A DNA stretch of 64,000 nucleotides from Mobula hypostoma (lineage: Eukaryota), in contig NC_086097.1 of NCBI RefSeq assembly GCF_963921235.1, forward strand, positions 205,098,001 through 205,162,000, in the 5' to 3' direction. Shown piece after piece: positions 1 through 11,650 of the stretch. Both the position numbers and the translations under genes were made by a program. Numbering within the stretch: position 1 is the stretch's first letter; every line of letters starts with the position of its first letter. The notes under the pieces are model-generated. The model saw only the letters and a program-made list of their open reading frames with translations, did no database searches and was not told the origin of the DNA.

Positions 1-240
1 CAGAGAGTGGTGAATCTGTGGAAATCTCTGCCACAGGAAATGGTTGAGGCCAGTTCATTGGCTATATTTAAGAGGGAGTTAGATATGGCCCTTGTGGCTA
101 AAGGGATCGGGGGTATGGAAAGAAGGCAGGTACAGGGTTCTGAGTTGGATGATCAGCCATGATCATACTGAATGGCAGTGCAGGCTCAAAGGGCCGAATG
201 GCCTACTCCTGCACCTATTTTCTATGATTCTATGTTTCTA
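1..240 (+). mobile_element. CR1 (HER1-like) LINE 3' end, cut by the window edge
   Basis: QRVVNLW-type ORF2 C-terminus, 3' UTR 'gggccgaatggcctactcctgcacct' and (ttctatg)n tail. Closely similar to 48175-48420. Confidence 0.92.
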
Positions 241-854
241 CATCACTTCCTATGGAATACCCAATCTGTAATAACACATTGAGAAATACATTGTGCCATG
301 AATTATTATATATGATTCTGTATATTTTTGTTGCTGGTTATGACCCATCATACTTCATGGATCCCTGTTGAAAAGTGCCAGTTCTGATTTAAATCTAATC
401 CATTCATATAATCGGAGTGTTAGATCAGGGGTCCCCAACATTTTTTGCACTGCGGACCGGTTTAATATTGACACTATTCTTGCGGACCGGCCGACCCGGA
501 GGGGGTGGGGGGGCGGTGTAGGGTTGCCAACGGGCAAGAGTAGCAGTCAAATACGTTGTGTTTGCCTCGAGAAAGACTACAATGACCATGAAGCCTTGCG
601 CGGGCACCAGTGTGCATGTGTCACATGCGTATGCGTGTACCTGCCAATTTTTTTCCTGCAAATCGTTTTTGGCGATTCTGTTTGGGGGGGGGTGGTGTTA
701 ATCACGACCGGAATATAGGTGATAAGTGGCTAATACACACAATTTTGTTTCTAAATTCTAATGAATTTAATATTAAATACACAGCACATATTTTCCTTGC
801 ATGAATACTGTGATAAGTCAATTATCAGGGGAGGACAGAGGAGCTTGAAGTAAG

Positions 855-1058
855 TGTTGAATGTACTTCCAATAGAAGTGACAGAAGCAGGTTCGATATT
901 ATCATTTAAAGTTAAATTGGATAGGTATATGGACAGGAAGGGAATGGAGGATTATGGGGTGAGTGCAGGTCGGTGGGACTAGGTGAGAGTAGTGTTTGGC
1001 ACGGACTAGAAGGGCAGAGATGGCCTGTTTCCGTGCTGTAATTGTTATATGGTTATAT
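855..1058 (+). mobile_element. CR1 3' tail fragment inside the hAT derivative
   Basis: Matches the CR1 3' end at about 55225-55420; ends 'gtaattgttatatggttata'. Confidence 0.88.
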
Positions 1059-1205
1059 AAGTAAGTCAATAGCATCATAATATTTTAAGTAATGGTTGAA
1101 TATTAAACACACAGCACATATTTTCCCCATATGAACGTATAAAACCATTGCCACACACCAATATTACTGAATCAGTGGGAGCCCTGGGTTTGTTTCCCTG
1201 CAACA

Positions 1206-1344
1206 TGATATCTGAATCAAAGCTTATGGGGATAAGGCAGGAACTGGATACTGATAGTGGATGATCAGCCATGATCACAGTGAATGACGGTGCTGGCTCG
1301 AACGGCCGAATGGCCTACTCCTGCACCTATTGTCTATTGTCTAT
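1206..1344 (+). mobile_element. Second CR1 3' tail fragment inside the hAT derivative
   Basis: 'gatcagccatgatc...ggccgaatggcctactcctgcacc' plus (tattgtc)n tail. Confidence 0.85.
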
Positions 1345-1829
1345 AAGACGGTCCGATCGAGGGATGATGGGAGACAGTGATACTCGAAGGGAGTTCCTTA
1401 TGTCCAGTCTATTCCGCAATTTAGTTTTCGTTGCATTCATTGCAGAGATATGTTGGAAATGGAAGCAACGTTTTCAGTGCTTTCGTGGCTATCTCAGGAT
1501 ATTCAGCTTTGACTTTGATCCAGAATGCTGGCAAAGATGTTATGTCAAACATAATTTTCAGCCCGCTGTCATTTGCAAGCTCGAGGAGTTGATCTTCCTG
1601 TACTGACATGGATGACACTAGGGTAATGACCTCACGTGCGTTCAAGCTCAACAGTGGCCCTGACAGGGAATGAGGAAAGGTGCAGCTGACTCATATCGCC
1701 AAATCATATCGTTTCCTTGCGGCCCGGTGGTTGGGGACCGCTGTGTAGATAACACAATGATGGTTATCCTTGGTATGATGTTGGGACTTTGTCTCTATTA
1801 GTTCTGTGGAGTTGCAATCTTTACTAATT

Positions 1830-2150
1830 ACATCATGGATATATGTACCTGCAACAAAGAGATTTTTTTGTGGACAAGGTAAAATATTTCATGTTGGTTT
1901 CATTGCCATCTGCTGCTAATCTGCAGCTATATCCTTCAGCATTTGACAGTTCAATCATTAGCGGTGTTTCCAAGCCATTCTTGGTGATGGACATTGAAGT
2001 ATTCTGTGTCATTGCTTCTGTTACTGTTTTTCCCAAGTACTGTTCCACATGGACATACAGTTATCTAGTAGCTGATGGAGGACTTTGTTTGATTAGGAAG
2101 AGATTCCTTGCCTATGTGCGACAGGATGTCATGAGACTTAATTGCTGATT
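1830..2150 (-). mobile_element. Old LINE (CR1/L2 group) apurinic endonuclease (APE) remnant
   Basis: Minus strand reads FNVHHQEWLG, a GDFN-type APE motif; heavily decayed. Confidence 0.55.
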
Positions 2151-4288
2151 GTCTAATGTGTGGAGAAATAAACAAACGCCTCATTGATATAGTGAACTGC
2201 ACTGCTATAAAAATTTTCACACCAAACTGGGAAAGTTCAAATGTTTGATTTAAATTTCTTCTGAAGGGAAATCACAATGTATCCAACTTTTGCACCATCC
2301 CTGAGAAGGATTAAAAAAAATACTGCATATCAAACAAATGTTTCAAAAGTTGATTAAGCCCAAATATGTGAATCATTTTGATGAAGAAAACTTTTCAATG
2401 AGTTTGTGTTCTTTTCTTTAAATTGGCAGTTCCAGCTCGATTTCCAGAACCAGTGCTTTCACAGAGATGTAAACACAATCTTGTCTGTTGATGCACTTCA
2501 TGTCATTAAGATGACACTGATAAACAAATGTCATTAATTAGATACCATCAGTGATCATGCTTAGTGTGCATTGGACAATCCTCTGTGAATGATTTTCTTG
2601 AATTTGTTAGCCAATTTATATTAAACCAATTAAATAGTATGCAGAGGAATTCCATCAGAACACATTATCACAATTGTTTGTAACATTACACAGCATGACT
2701 TCAGCAATTAGTCTTCCATTGAGATATATTAGCATCAAGATAGGTAGCTGTGCAATGATACATTAATGAATCTAATTCCAAGAATGGTCTTTACATTCTG
2801 TTAGAGAATCACTTTCCATTTTGACTCTATACACTTCACTTATTCGATACTACCATCATTAATTTGTTAGGTGTACATGTTAAAATGCTATGCCTTTGAC
2901 TCCTAAATGGGGGGAAATATATGTTATTTATACCTCAGGATTACTTATACACAATTGTATGGATATTTTATTTGTGAAATCATACTTCATTAACCAATGT
3001 ACTAATATCTGTTGATGTTTCCTTCAATACCTATTACTTAAGAACAATTAGTTTGTTATAAAGAAAATCTCACTGTAAAATGCTGTAGAATGTTAATTCT
3101 TATTTTGTCTTAATATCTCCTTAGAGGAATATACAGTACTAATAAGCCAGACAGCATTTTTCATGAGCTTTAGCCGTGGAAAGAAATTGTACAAGTTAAC
3201 ATCAGAATACATAAATTCTTAGGAGATCATTGATGACATGAAGCCCAAGGATATTAGAACCAAAGCTATTTCATGCATTGCATTATGGTAACAAATGTTT
3301 CTCAGAAATAAGAACATAAAATTTTCCAAAACAAATAGTTTATTCAAGGTAACTTACTATAAGCTTCTCTGTGATGTTCATTCACAATGGAAATATTAGT
3401 TCTGAACTTTTACTTTCTTGCTCAATGAATAACCAATGTTATTTCAAGGGCACGTTCTCTAAAGGGTGATTTTTGGGCTCTTATCAGATTAAATTTACTT
3501 CAAGTCATACTGTTAGAGGAACCACATGGAGGATGAACTTTTGCTCATTACTACTTTTTAACGTCAAACTTGATAGAGTTTGAACAGTGTCCAGGTATGG
3601 GTCTTAATAATAAAGTCAAATCAGAGAAAAAATACATTGTTTCAAATCCCAGTACGACTTCAGTCACTTCATGGTGCCTGATCCAGCACTTAAACCCTAT
3701 ATTATTTAAGCTGGGAGATGTTCATTTCTAAAAACATTACAGACTATCTTTAGTTGTTCTCACATAAAATTCTCCAAGGTTTGGTGACGCAATTTTAGAA
3801 AGAATTCATCAAGTCTGAAGTATACGAGCAGGTTTTCAAACTAGTTCCTTTGTGTCTCCATCTCTACTCCACATGAATCCCTATACATTCCTTCTTTTAC
3901 CTATGCATACCTACCTTCCTGATAAATTCAGTGCTGCTATTCTTGGCAATGCCACCTCGTCGGATCAATTTCCCATTCTTCAAAAAGATTATCCTGCATT
4001 TCCTTTTGCAATATTTGGAAAATATATCTCTTATTACTGTGCAGATCACTATTAATCACATCCACAAGAGAAACATCTCCTCCATCAAAGTCCTCATCCT
4101 AATGACGTTTATCTAGTAGTGAATGCAGATGCTGGGATATGGAGCAATATATCAATCTGTTGGATGTTCTCAACAGGCTGAATGGCATTGGTGGAGAGAA
4201 AAGAATTTTCAACATTTTGTGTCATATCCCTGGAACAGGACTCAGAATCTTTATTCTTCCAATAAAAATGAGTCAAGGATTGTGCCCC

Positions 4289-4517
4289 AAACAAGAGAGA
4301 ATCTGCAGATGCTGCAAGTCGTAATACATTCAAAAAGTTGGAGGAACTCAGTAGACCAGGCAGCAGTTATCAAAAAGAGGCTATCAGTCCTGATGAAGGG
4401 TCTCAGCCCGAAACTTCAACGGTTTACTCTTTTCCATCAATGTTGCCTGGTCTGCATTGTCGACTAATACTCTTTTCCATAGATGCTCCCTAGCCTGCTG
4501 AGTCTGCTCTGCTATTT
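4289..4517. mobile_element. Penelope-like terminal-repeat derivative with inverted arms and a hammerhead motif
   Basis: Left arm ggaggaactcagtagaccaggcagc...aaaaagag. Two reverse-complement right arms tactcttttccat...tg(c/t)..cct..(t/c)ctgc. Central ctgatga...gaaac. Confidence 0.75.
4385..4422 (+). ncRNA. Minimal type I hammerhead ribozyme-like motif (degenerate)
   Basis: cagtc CTGATGA a GGG tctcag CCC GAAAC ttc aacgg. Catalytic core boxes and stem II are intact; stem I and the cleavage triplet are mutated. Confidence 0.65.
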
Positions 4518-5585
4518 CATCATGGCTGATCCAATTTTCCTCTCAGCCCCAGTCTTCTGCCTTCTCCCCACAGCCCTTCAAGAATCCAGTCAAGAATCTA
4601 TCAACATTCACTTTAGATGTACATAAAAGCTTGTCCTCCACAGCTGCCTGTGACAAAGAATTCCACAGATTCACTACTCTGTGGCTAAAGATGTTCTTCC
4701 TCATCTCCATTCTAAAAGGATGCCCCTCTATTCTGTGCCTGTATCCTCTGGACTTAGACTCTCCCACCACAGGAAGTATCCTCTCCACATCCACCCTATC
4801 AAGGCCTTTGACCATTCGAGTGAATACAAGCTGAGAACCATCAAACACCTTTCATATGACAAGCCATCCAATTCTGGAATAATTTCCATGAACCTCCTTT
4901 GAACCCCCTCCAGTTTCAGCACATACTACAAGTGAGGCCTCACCAGTGCTTTATAAAGTTACAAAATTACATTCTTGCTTTTATATTCTAGTCCTCTTTA
5001 AATGAATGCTAACATTGCATTTGCCTTCCTCACCACAAACTCAATCTGCAAATTAACCTTTAGGGAATCTTGCACAAGGACTCCCAAGTCCCTTTGCAGC
5101 TCAGTCTTTTGTATTTTCTCTTCATTTAGAAAACAGTCAACCCTTTCATTTCTTCTACCAAAATGTATGACCATACACTTCCTGACACTGTATTCCATCT
5201 GCCATTTTCCACTGCTTTATCCATGCTACAACCCTTCCTGTAATACCATGGGCTCATAGCTGCTTGAGCAGCCTCATGTGTGGTACTTTGTCAAAGGCCT
5301 TCTGAAAATCCAAGTACACAACATTAACCGATTCTCCTTTGTCTATCCTGCTTGTTATCTCTTCAAAGAATTTCAACAGATTTGTCAGACAAGATTTTCC
5401 TTTGAGGAAACCATGCTGACTATGTCCTATTTTATCACGTGCCTCCAAGTACCCTGAGACCTCATCCTGAATAATCGATTCCAACATCTTCTCAAACATT
5501 AAAGTCAGACTAACTGGCCTATTGTTTTCTTTTTTCTGCCTCTTTCCCTTCTTGAAGAGTAGAGTGATATTTGTAATTTTCCAGT
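4518..5585 (-). mobile_element. CR1 LINE, internally deleted RT and 3' region
   Basis: ORFs 4543..4848, 4998..5198 and 5254..5652 (QHGFLKGKSCLTNL, VYLDFQKAFDKVPH). Confidence 0.92.
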
Positions 5586-5666
5586 CTCTTTGCTCCTGTG
5601 AAAGCTTTCTTTGCAGGAATTCATTTGTGCTTTTCATAATGTATAACCACAAAAGTACTTCTGAAA

Positions 5667-5736
5667 TACAATACTATGCAAAAGCCTTAGGCACATATAT
5701 ATAGAGCCAGGGCACCTACTTCTGTACAGTACTGTA
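5667..5736. mobile_element. Tc1/mariner-like palindromic micro-MITE (about 70 bp)
   Basis: ta-caatactatgcaaaagccttaggcac ... ttctgtacagtactg-ta; TA at both ends. Confidence 0.6.
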
Positions 5737-5975
5737 TTTGTCAATGTGGAGTGAAGAATTAGTTTGTAAATCGAGCAGCAGTAAAAGATGCTGGGAATGG
5801 TGAGAATGGAGTGCTGTGGGAGGGGTGTGGGAAAGGTAACTGAGAACGAATGCCAGAAGTGGGGGAGGGGTTGTAATGAGTGCAGACGCACTTAGCTCTA
5901 GGACACCAGGCAAGGCTATTTGATTCCATACAATTCGTTAATTGGTCATTACAGAAAGCCTCTGCTTCTGCTCGC

Positions 5976-6188
5976 TTTCAGAAGGCCGATGACAAAGTGA
6001 GGCTGCTTAACCAGCTATGAGCTCATGGTATTCCAGGAGAGATTCTAGCATGGATAAAGCGGTGGCTGTGTGGCAGGAAGCGAATAATGGGAATTAAGGG
6101 AACCTTTCTGGCTGGCTGATGGTGACTAGTGGAGTTCCATAGGGCTCTGTGTTGGGACCAAGTCTTTTTATGTTGTATGTCAATGATT
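5976..6188 (+). mobile_element. CR1 RT fragment
   Basis: FQKA.DKV...HGIPGEILAWI...VTSGVP*GSVLGP; inverted relative to the copy at 4518-5585. Confidence 0.85.
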
Positions 6189-6369
6189 CGAAAATTTCTG
6201 CTTTCTTCCTTGTTTCCCAGCCTTGATTTCCCTCTCCCTCTCCCTCTCGTCTTCCAACTTTCAGTGCACAATAGAGACCCATATCAGAATCAGGTTTATC
6301 ATCACTCATATATGTCATGGAATTGTTGTTTTTTTTGCAGCAGCTGTTCAGTGCAATGCATAAAATAAC

Positions 6370-6438
6370 TACAGTACTGTGCAGAAGTCTTAGACACCAT
6401 AGGTATATATGTGCCCAAGACCATTGCACTGTACAGTA
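6370..6438. mobile_element. Second Tc1-like micro-MITE, joined to a minus-strand Rex1-like tail (6282-6369)
   Basis: ta-cagtactgtgcagaagtcttagacac ... gtgcccaagaccattgcactgtacag-ta. Confidence 0.6.
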
Positions 6439-7354
6439 GTTCATTTTCAGTTAAGTATTTTAAGTACATATTTATAAATCCATACCTTCATTCCTTCAAA
6501 CCAAGATTTTGATGCAAGTTTAACAGAACCTCCCTTTCTAATTTTATCCTGCCAGAAATGAACCCTTGTTTTTACTTTGTTTTACTAACCTGTTTTTATG
6601 CAATAAAGACTAATGGAATTATAGCCCAGGTTTGTCTGGCCCTCTACCACGTTCAGATTTAGTTCTAATTAACATCTTTCTTCATTCTTCCTACCAGAAT
6701 TACAGAACAAACAAGTGTCTCCATTGAAATTTACTTTCAATTATACATCTAGGTTGCAAATTGATTAACAGCTTATATTTTTTCTCAGTATATGTCAGTC
6801 TGATCCACTAGTCCGAGTCATTATGTATATTTTAATTATACTGACGGTACTGATCTTTGCAAGATAAACTTTCTCACCTTGTTCCAAATGGAAAATTTTA
6901 CTAGCTACAGTGCAGGAAGCAAAACATCTTTTACATTTTCTGCTCTGTAGCTATCTTTCTGCTGTCTGTTGCTTCGCCCACAGGCTCTGACACAGGTCAC
7001 AAGTGCCTTGCAAAAGAAATTAATGAAGAGCTTTAGAATATCCAATTGCATTATGTATTTTACTAATGTGTCTACTTTTTGGTTGCCTCTTTAAAGAACT
7101 CAGTAAGATTTAAAAAGCATGACCTTCTCTTTCAATGACTAATCTTTATCATATTTTTAATACCAAGATTACTTCTCCTACACTTTTGTGTAAATAGAAT
7201 TCAGGTTCAACATTAAACTAACTGGCTATGGTTCACTAGACATTATTAACTAAGCTTTCCATTGCTTTCAGTTTTATCACTTTAAGTTTTTTAAAACAAT
7301 TTTGGGAACGTGGGCATCATTACCAGACTAAGACTTACTGATTGTTTTATTTGT

Positions 7355-7670
7355 CATAGAACATAGAACTCTCCAGCACAGTATAGGCCTTTCGGTCCAC
7401 GATGCCATGCCAGCCTTTTAACCCATTTTGAGATCAATCTAACCTGGCCCTTCTCACAGCCTTCCATTTTCTGTCATTCATGTGCTTATCTAAGAGTTTC
7501 TTAAATGTCCTTAAGGATGTTCCATGTACCTACCACTCTTTCTGTAAAAAACCCTTAGCTATGACATTCCCCCATACTTTCCTCCATTACCTTAAAATTA
7601 TGCCACTTTGTATTATCCATTTCTACCCTGGGAAAATATCTCTGCTATCCACTCAGTCTATGTCATTTTA
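7355..7670 (-). mobile_element. CR1 3' tail fragment
   Basis: (catagaa)n tail followed by 'cagcacagtataggcctttcggtccac'. Confidence 0.8.
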
Positions 7671-8046
7671 CTAAACTCTCAATGAGATTTAGAGATGTAT
7701 AAGATGATAAAAAGCGTAGATCGAGGAGATAGCCAAATACTTTAGTACACTGACATTCTGAATTGCTCATTCTTGTGGTGAATGTACTCGAATTGAGTCA
7801 TAGAATATTACAGCCTATAAACAGTCTTTTCAGCAGACTACAACTACACTAACCATCATGCCCATCTATACTAATCCCACTTGCCTGCATTAATTCTATA
7901 TCCCTTGTGTCTAGGCTCTACGCATTCAAGTACCTATTCATTTTCATCTTAAATCTACTATTCCTGCATTCATCACCTCCTCTGAAGCACATTCCTGATA
8001 TGTGTACCTATTGAATCTATATTAACTACCATTTGTTTGAAAAAAT

Positions 8047-8700
8047 TTAGATTAGATTAGATTATGAGGACACGCAGTCGTCTTTTATTGTCATTTAGTA
8101 ATGCATGCATTAAGAAATGACACAATGTTCCTCCAGAATGATATCATAGAAACATAAGACAAACCAAGACTAAAAAACTGACAAAGCTACTTAATTATAA
8201 CATATAGTTACAACTGTGCAAAGCAATATTGTAATTTGATAAGAACAGTCCATGGGCACGGTAAAAAAAAGTCTCAAAGTCTCTTGAAAGCCCCATCATC
8301 TCATGCAGACAGTAGAAGGGTGAAACTCTCCCTGCCATGAGCTTCCAGCACCGCAAACGTGCCGATGCAACACCCTGGAAGCACCCAACCACAGCCGACT
8401 CCATCTGAAAACTTTGAGCCTCCGACCAGCCCTCCGACACCGAGCACCATCTCTGCTGAGCGCTTCGACCCCAGCCCCGGCAACAGGCAATAGGCAAAGC
8501 TGAGGATTTGGGGCCTTCCCCTCCAGAGATTCTCGATCGCACAGTAGCAGTGGCAGCGAAGCAGACATTTCAGAAGTTTCTCCAGATGTTCCTCTGTGCT
8601 TCTCACGGCTGTCTCCATCAAAACAGGATTGTGCACGGCCCCTATTTAACAAATACGATATCATTTCAGAGCGACCGTGCGCACTGCGTCTTCTCCTCCC
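8047..8700 (-). mobile_element. Relatively young non-autonomous retroelement (Rex1/Babar-like partner) inserted in an older CR1 tail (about 7798-9010)
   Basis: (ttaga)n microsatellite tail next to ttttatt (polyA signal on the minus strand); CpG-rich body; 5' end gggaggagaagacgcagtgcgc; no RT ORF. Confidence 0.7.
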
Positions 8701-9022
8701 CTAATTTTCCCCTCAGATCCCCTTTAATCTTCCTTCCTCTCACTTTAAGATATACCCACTTGTTTTAGACACCCTTTACCATGGGAAAAAGGCTTTGGCT
8801 ATCTACACAATTCATGCCTCTCATAATCTTAGATAGATTTATCACATCACTTAGCTTCCTTCCTCCAGTCAAAATGGACACAGCCTACTTAATCTCCCCT
8901 TTTAATTCAAGCCCTCTAACTCAGGCCAAGTCCTCATTAACCTTTATTATATGCTCTTGAGCATCATCATATCTTTCTTGTAGTATGATGACCAGAAATT
9001 TGCTGTACTGAACTAATGTTTT

Positions 9023-9420
9023 AAGACAGAAGCAGAATTAGGCCATTCAGCCCATTGAGACTTCTCTGCCATTCCATCATGGCTGATTTATTATCCCTCT
9101 GTTTCCCATTCTCCTACCGACATCCATAACCTTTGACATTCTAGTAAATCAAAAACCTATCAATCTCCACCTTAATGACTTGGCCTCCAAAGCCATCTGT
9201 GGCGATAATTTCCACAGATTCACTACTCTCTGGTTAAAGAAATTCCTCCTCATCTCTGTTCTAAGCTGATGTCACCCAATTCTGAAACTGTGCTCTCTGG
9301 TCCTAGACTCACCCACTACAGAAAACATCCATTCCATGTAGGCCTTTTAATATTTAATAGGTTTCAATGAGATCCCACCCCACCCCCACTCATCCTTCTA
9401 AACTCCAGCAAGTACAGGCA
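9023..9420 (-). mobile_element. CR1 3' end
   Basis: 'agcagaattaggccattcagccc...ttccacagattcactactctctgg'. Confidence 0.88.
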
Positions 9421-9622
9421 AGTAGTTTCTCATGAAACTACAGCCATTGCTGTTCTGCTGTCATGCCTGCTAATGTCTGCATCCAATCAACTTAAGACTC
9501 GCTCCTCTCTCATGCCTCTGTAATTCCCGTTACCCCACTATAATACTGATATATTTGACTTTTGCTTCTCCCTCTCAAACTTCAGGGTGAATTCTATCAT
9601 ATTATGATCACTGCCTCTTAAG

Positions 9623-10090
9623 GCAAGTCAAGTCATCGTCAAATGAGACGATGTTTCTCTGAACCAGAGTGTAAAACACAGTGGTACGTATAACACACAC
9701 TAACTTAGAATAAAGATTAAAATCTACGGATGAATTATGCAATAAATAAACAAAGTGCATAAATTAAATATTGTCAGGTACAGAACAGATTAACCAGTGA
9801 TACTTTGAATGCAATGTGGCAGGGAGTTAAGAAGCCTAATGTCCTGAGGGAAGAAATTGTTTTCCATCCTGACCAACCTTGTTTTTGTGCATTGGAATCT
9901 CCTGCCTGATGGTAGAAAGTCAAAGAGGATGCTGGATGGATGGGTGGGATCCTTGATAATACTAAGGGACCTGCGTATGCAGCGCTCCTGGTAAATGTCC
10001 CTGATGGATGGTAAGGAGACCCCTATGATCCTCTCAGTCATTCTAACAGTCCTTTGTAGGGATTTCCAGTCCAGTGCTCAGCGTACAAAC
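9623..10090 (-). mobile_element. Rex1/Babar-like LINE 3' fragment
   Basis: ORF 9790..10041 (IIKDPTHPSSILFDFLPSGRR...FFPQDIRLLN); (caagt)n tail. Confidence 0.8.
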
Positions 10091-10179
10091 ACCTTACAGA
10101 GGATGCTAGAATTGCACTCTGAACTCTAATGTCCCGAGATAATAACTCTGCTCTAACCGCTACTCTACCGTGGCATAAC

Positions 10180-11650
10180 ATCCAATACAGAATTGCCTTT
10201 CCCCTAGTGGACTTAACCACAAGCTGCTCTAAAAAGCCATTTCATTGGAATTCTACAAGTTCCTTCTATTGGGATCCAGAAACAACCTTATTTTCCCATC
10301 TACCTCCATATTGAAATCCCTCATGACTATCGTAACATTGCTTTTTTTGAATGCTTCTTCCTTTGTAATTTGTACCCCATGTACTGGCTACTGTTTGGAG
10401 ACCTGTATATAACTCCCATCAAGGTCTTTTTTATCTTTGCAGTTAAACACTACCCACAATGATTCTACATCTTCCAATCTTTCTTAGGATTTGATTCCTT
10501 TTTTTTTAATTAAGAGAGCTACCCCATCCCCTCTGCCTTCCTGCTTGTCCTTTCAATACAATGTATATCATTGGATGTTCAGCTCCCAACTATGACTCAG
10601 TGATGCCCACAACATCATACCTGCCAATCTCTAATTGAGATACAAGATCATCTACCTTATTCTGTTTATTATATGCACTCAAATATAATGCATCAAGTCA
10701 TGTATTCAGTAGCATTTTCGATTTTGCTCCCATGTTACAGTTAAGTTCATCCCACTAACTATCTTCCTGCCCTTCCTGACAACCTCACTGCACACTGCAT
10801 CTAGTTGTATACCAACTACCCAATCTTCATTCCCTAATACTCCCATTCCCATTCCCTTGCCAATTAGTTTAATCCACCCCAACAGCTTGAGCAAACCTGT
10901 CTACAAGGATATTGGTCCCCGTTTGGGTTCAGGTGTAACCTGTCCTTTTCATACAGGTAATACCTTCTCCAGAAGAGATCCCAATGATCAAGAAATCTGA
11001 AACCCTGCCCCCTGCACCAATTCCTCAGCCATGCATTCATCTTCCAAATCATCCTATCCTTAGCCTCACTGGAGCATGATAGAGGCAACAGTCTAGGGAT
11101 TACTACCCTGGAGATTCTGCTTTTCAACTTTCTACCTAATTCCCTATATTCTTTTTGCAAGACCTCCTCCCCTTTCTTATAATAGGTACCATGACTTCCA
11201 GCTGTCCACGTTTCCTCTTTAGAATGCTGTGTACTCAATCTGAGACATTCCTGAAACTAGCACCTGGGTGTCTGTATCACTTCCATCAAACCTCCTGTCC
11301 GTTTCCCCAACTATGAAATCTCCTATCACTACTGCACCCATCCTCTCCCCCCACCCCCCACCGAGGCTCCTAGCCAGAGACCTGACTTCTGTGGCTTTCC
11401 TCTGCTGGGTCATCCCACCCAACAGTATCCAAAGTGTTATACCTGTTGTTGAGGGGGATGGCCACAGTGGTACTCTGCACTGGCTGCCTATCTCCTTTCC
11501 CTCTATTAATGGCCACCCTGTTATCTGTGGACTGCACCTTGGGTGTAAATATCTCCAGTATGCACTGTTGATCAGCCCCTCAGCCTGATGAATGATCCGG
11601 AATTCATCCAGCTCCAGCTCCGATTCTCCAAAGTTTCCGAAGAGCACTGG
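10180..11650 (-). mobile_element. CR1 5' region: ORF1 SGNH/GDSL esterase remnant plus ORF2 APE remnant
   Basis: VVIGDFIV..TDRRF (11219..11647) and NAWLRNWCRGQGFRFLDHW...DRLHLN (10864..11238) match CR1 ORF1 esterase motifs. Confidence 0.85.

Larger units (their letters stand above)
426..1743 (-). mobile_element. Non-autonomous hAT (Buster/Charlie-type) DNA transposon derivative
   Basis: Terminal inverted repeats (TIRs) caggggtccccaac / gttggggaccgctg. Flanks tgttagat / tgtagat (8-bp TSD with a 1-nt indel). ORF 1421..1651 is a transposase C-terminal dimerisation remnant (FWIKVKAEYPEIATKALKTLLPFPTYLC, followed by KTKLRNRLDI). Confidence 0.9.

Noticed and set aside
8195..8768. Overlapping 86-122 aa ORFs as a small gene
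   Set aside because: They lie within a GC-richer repeat and show no recognisable domain.
10864..11647. Cellular GDSL esterase gene
   Set aside because: It is a frameshifted CR1 ORF1 esterase next to an ORF2 APE remnant, a known CR1 feature.
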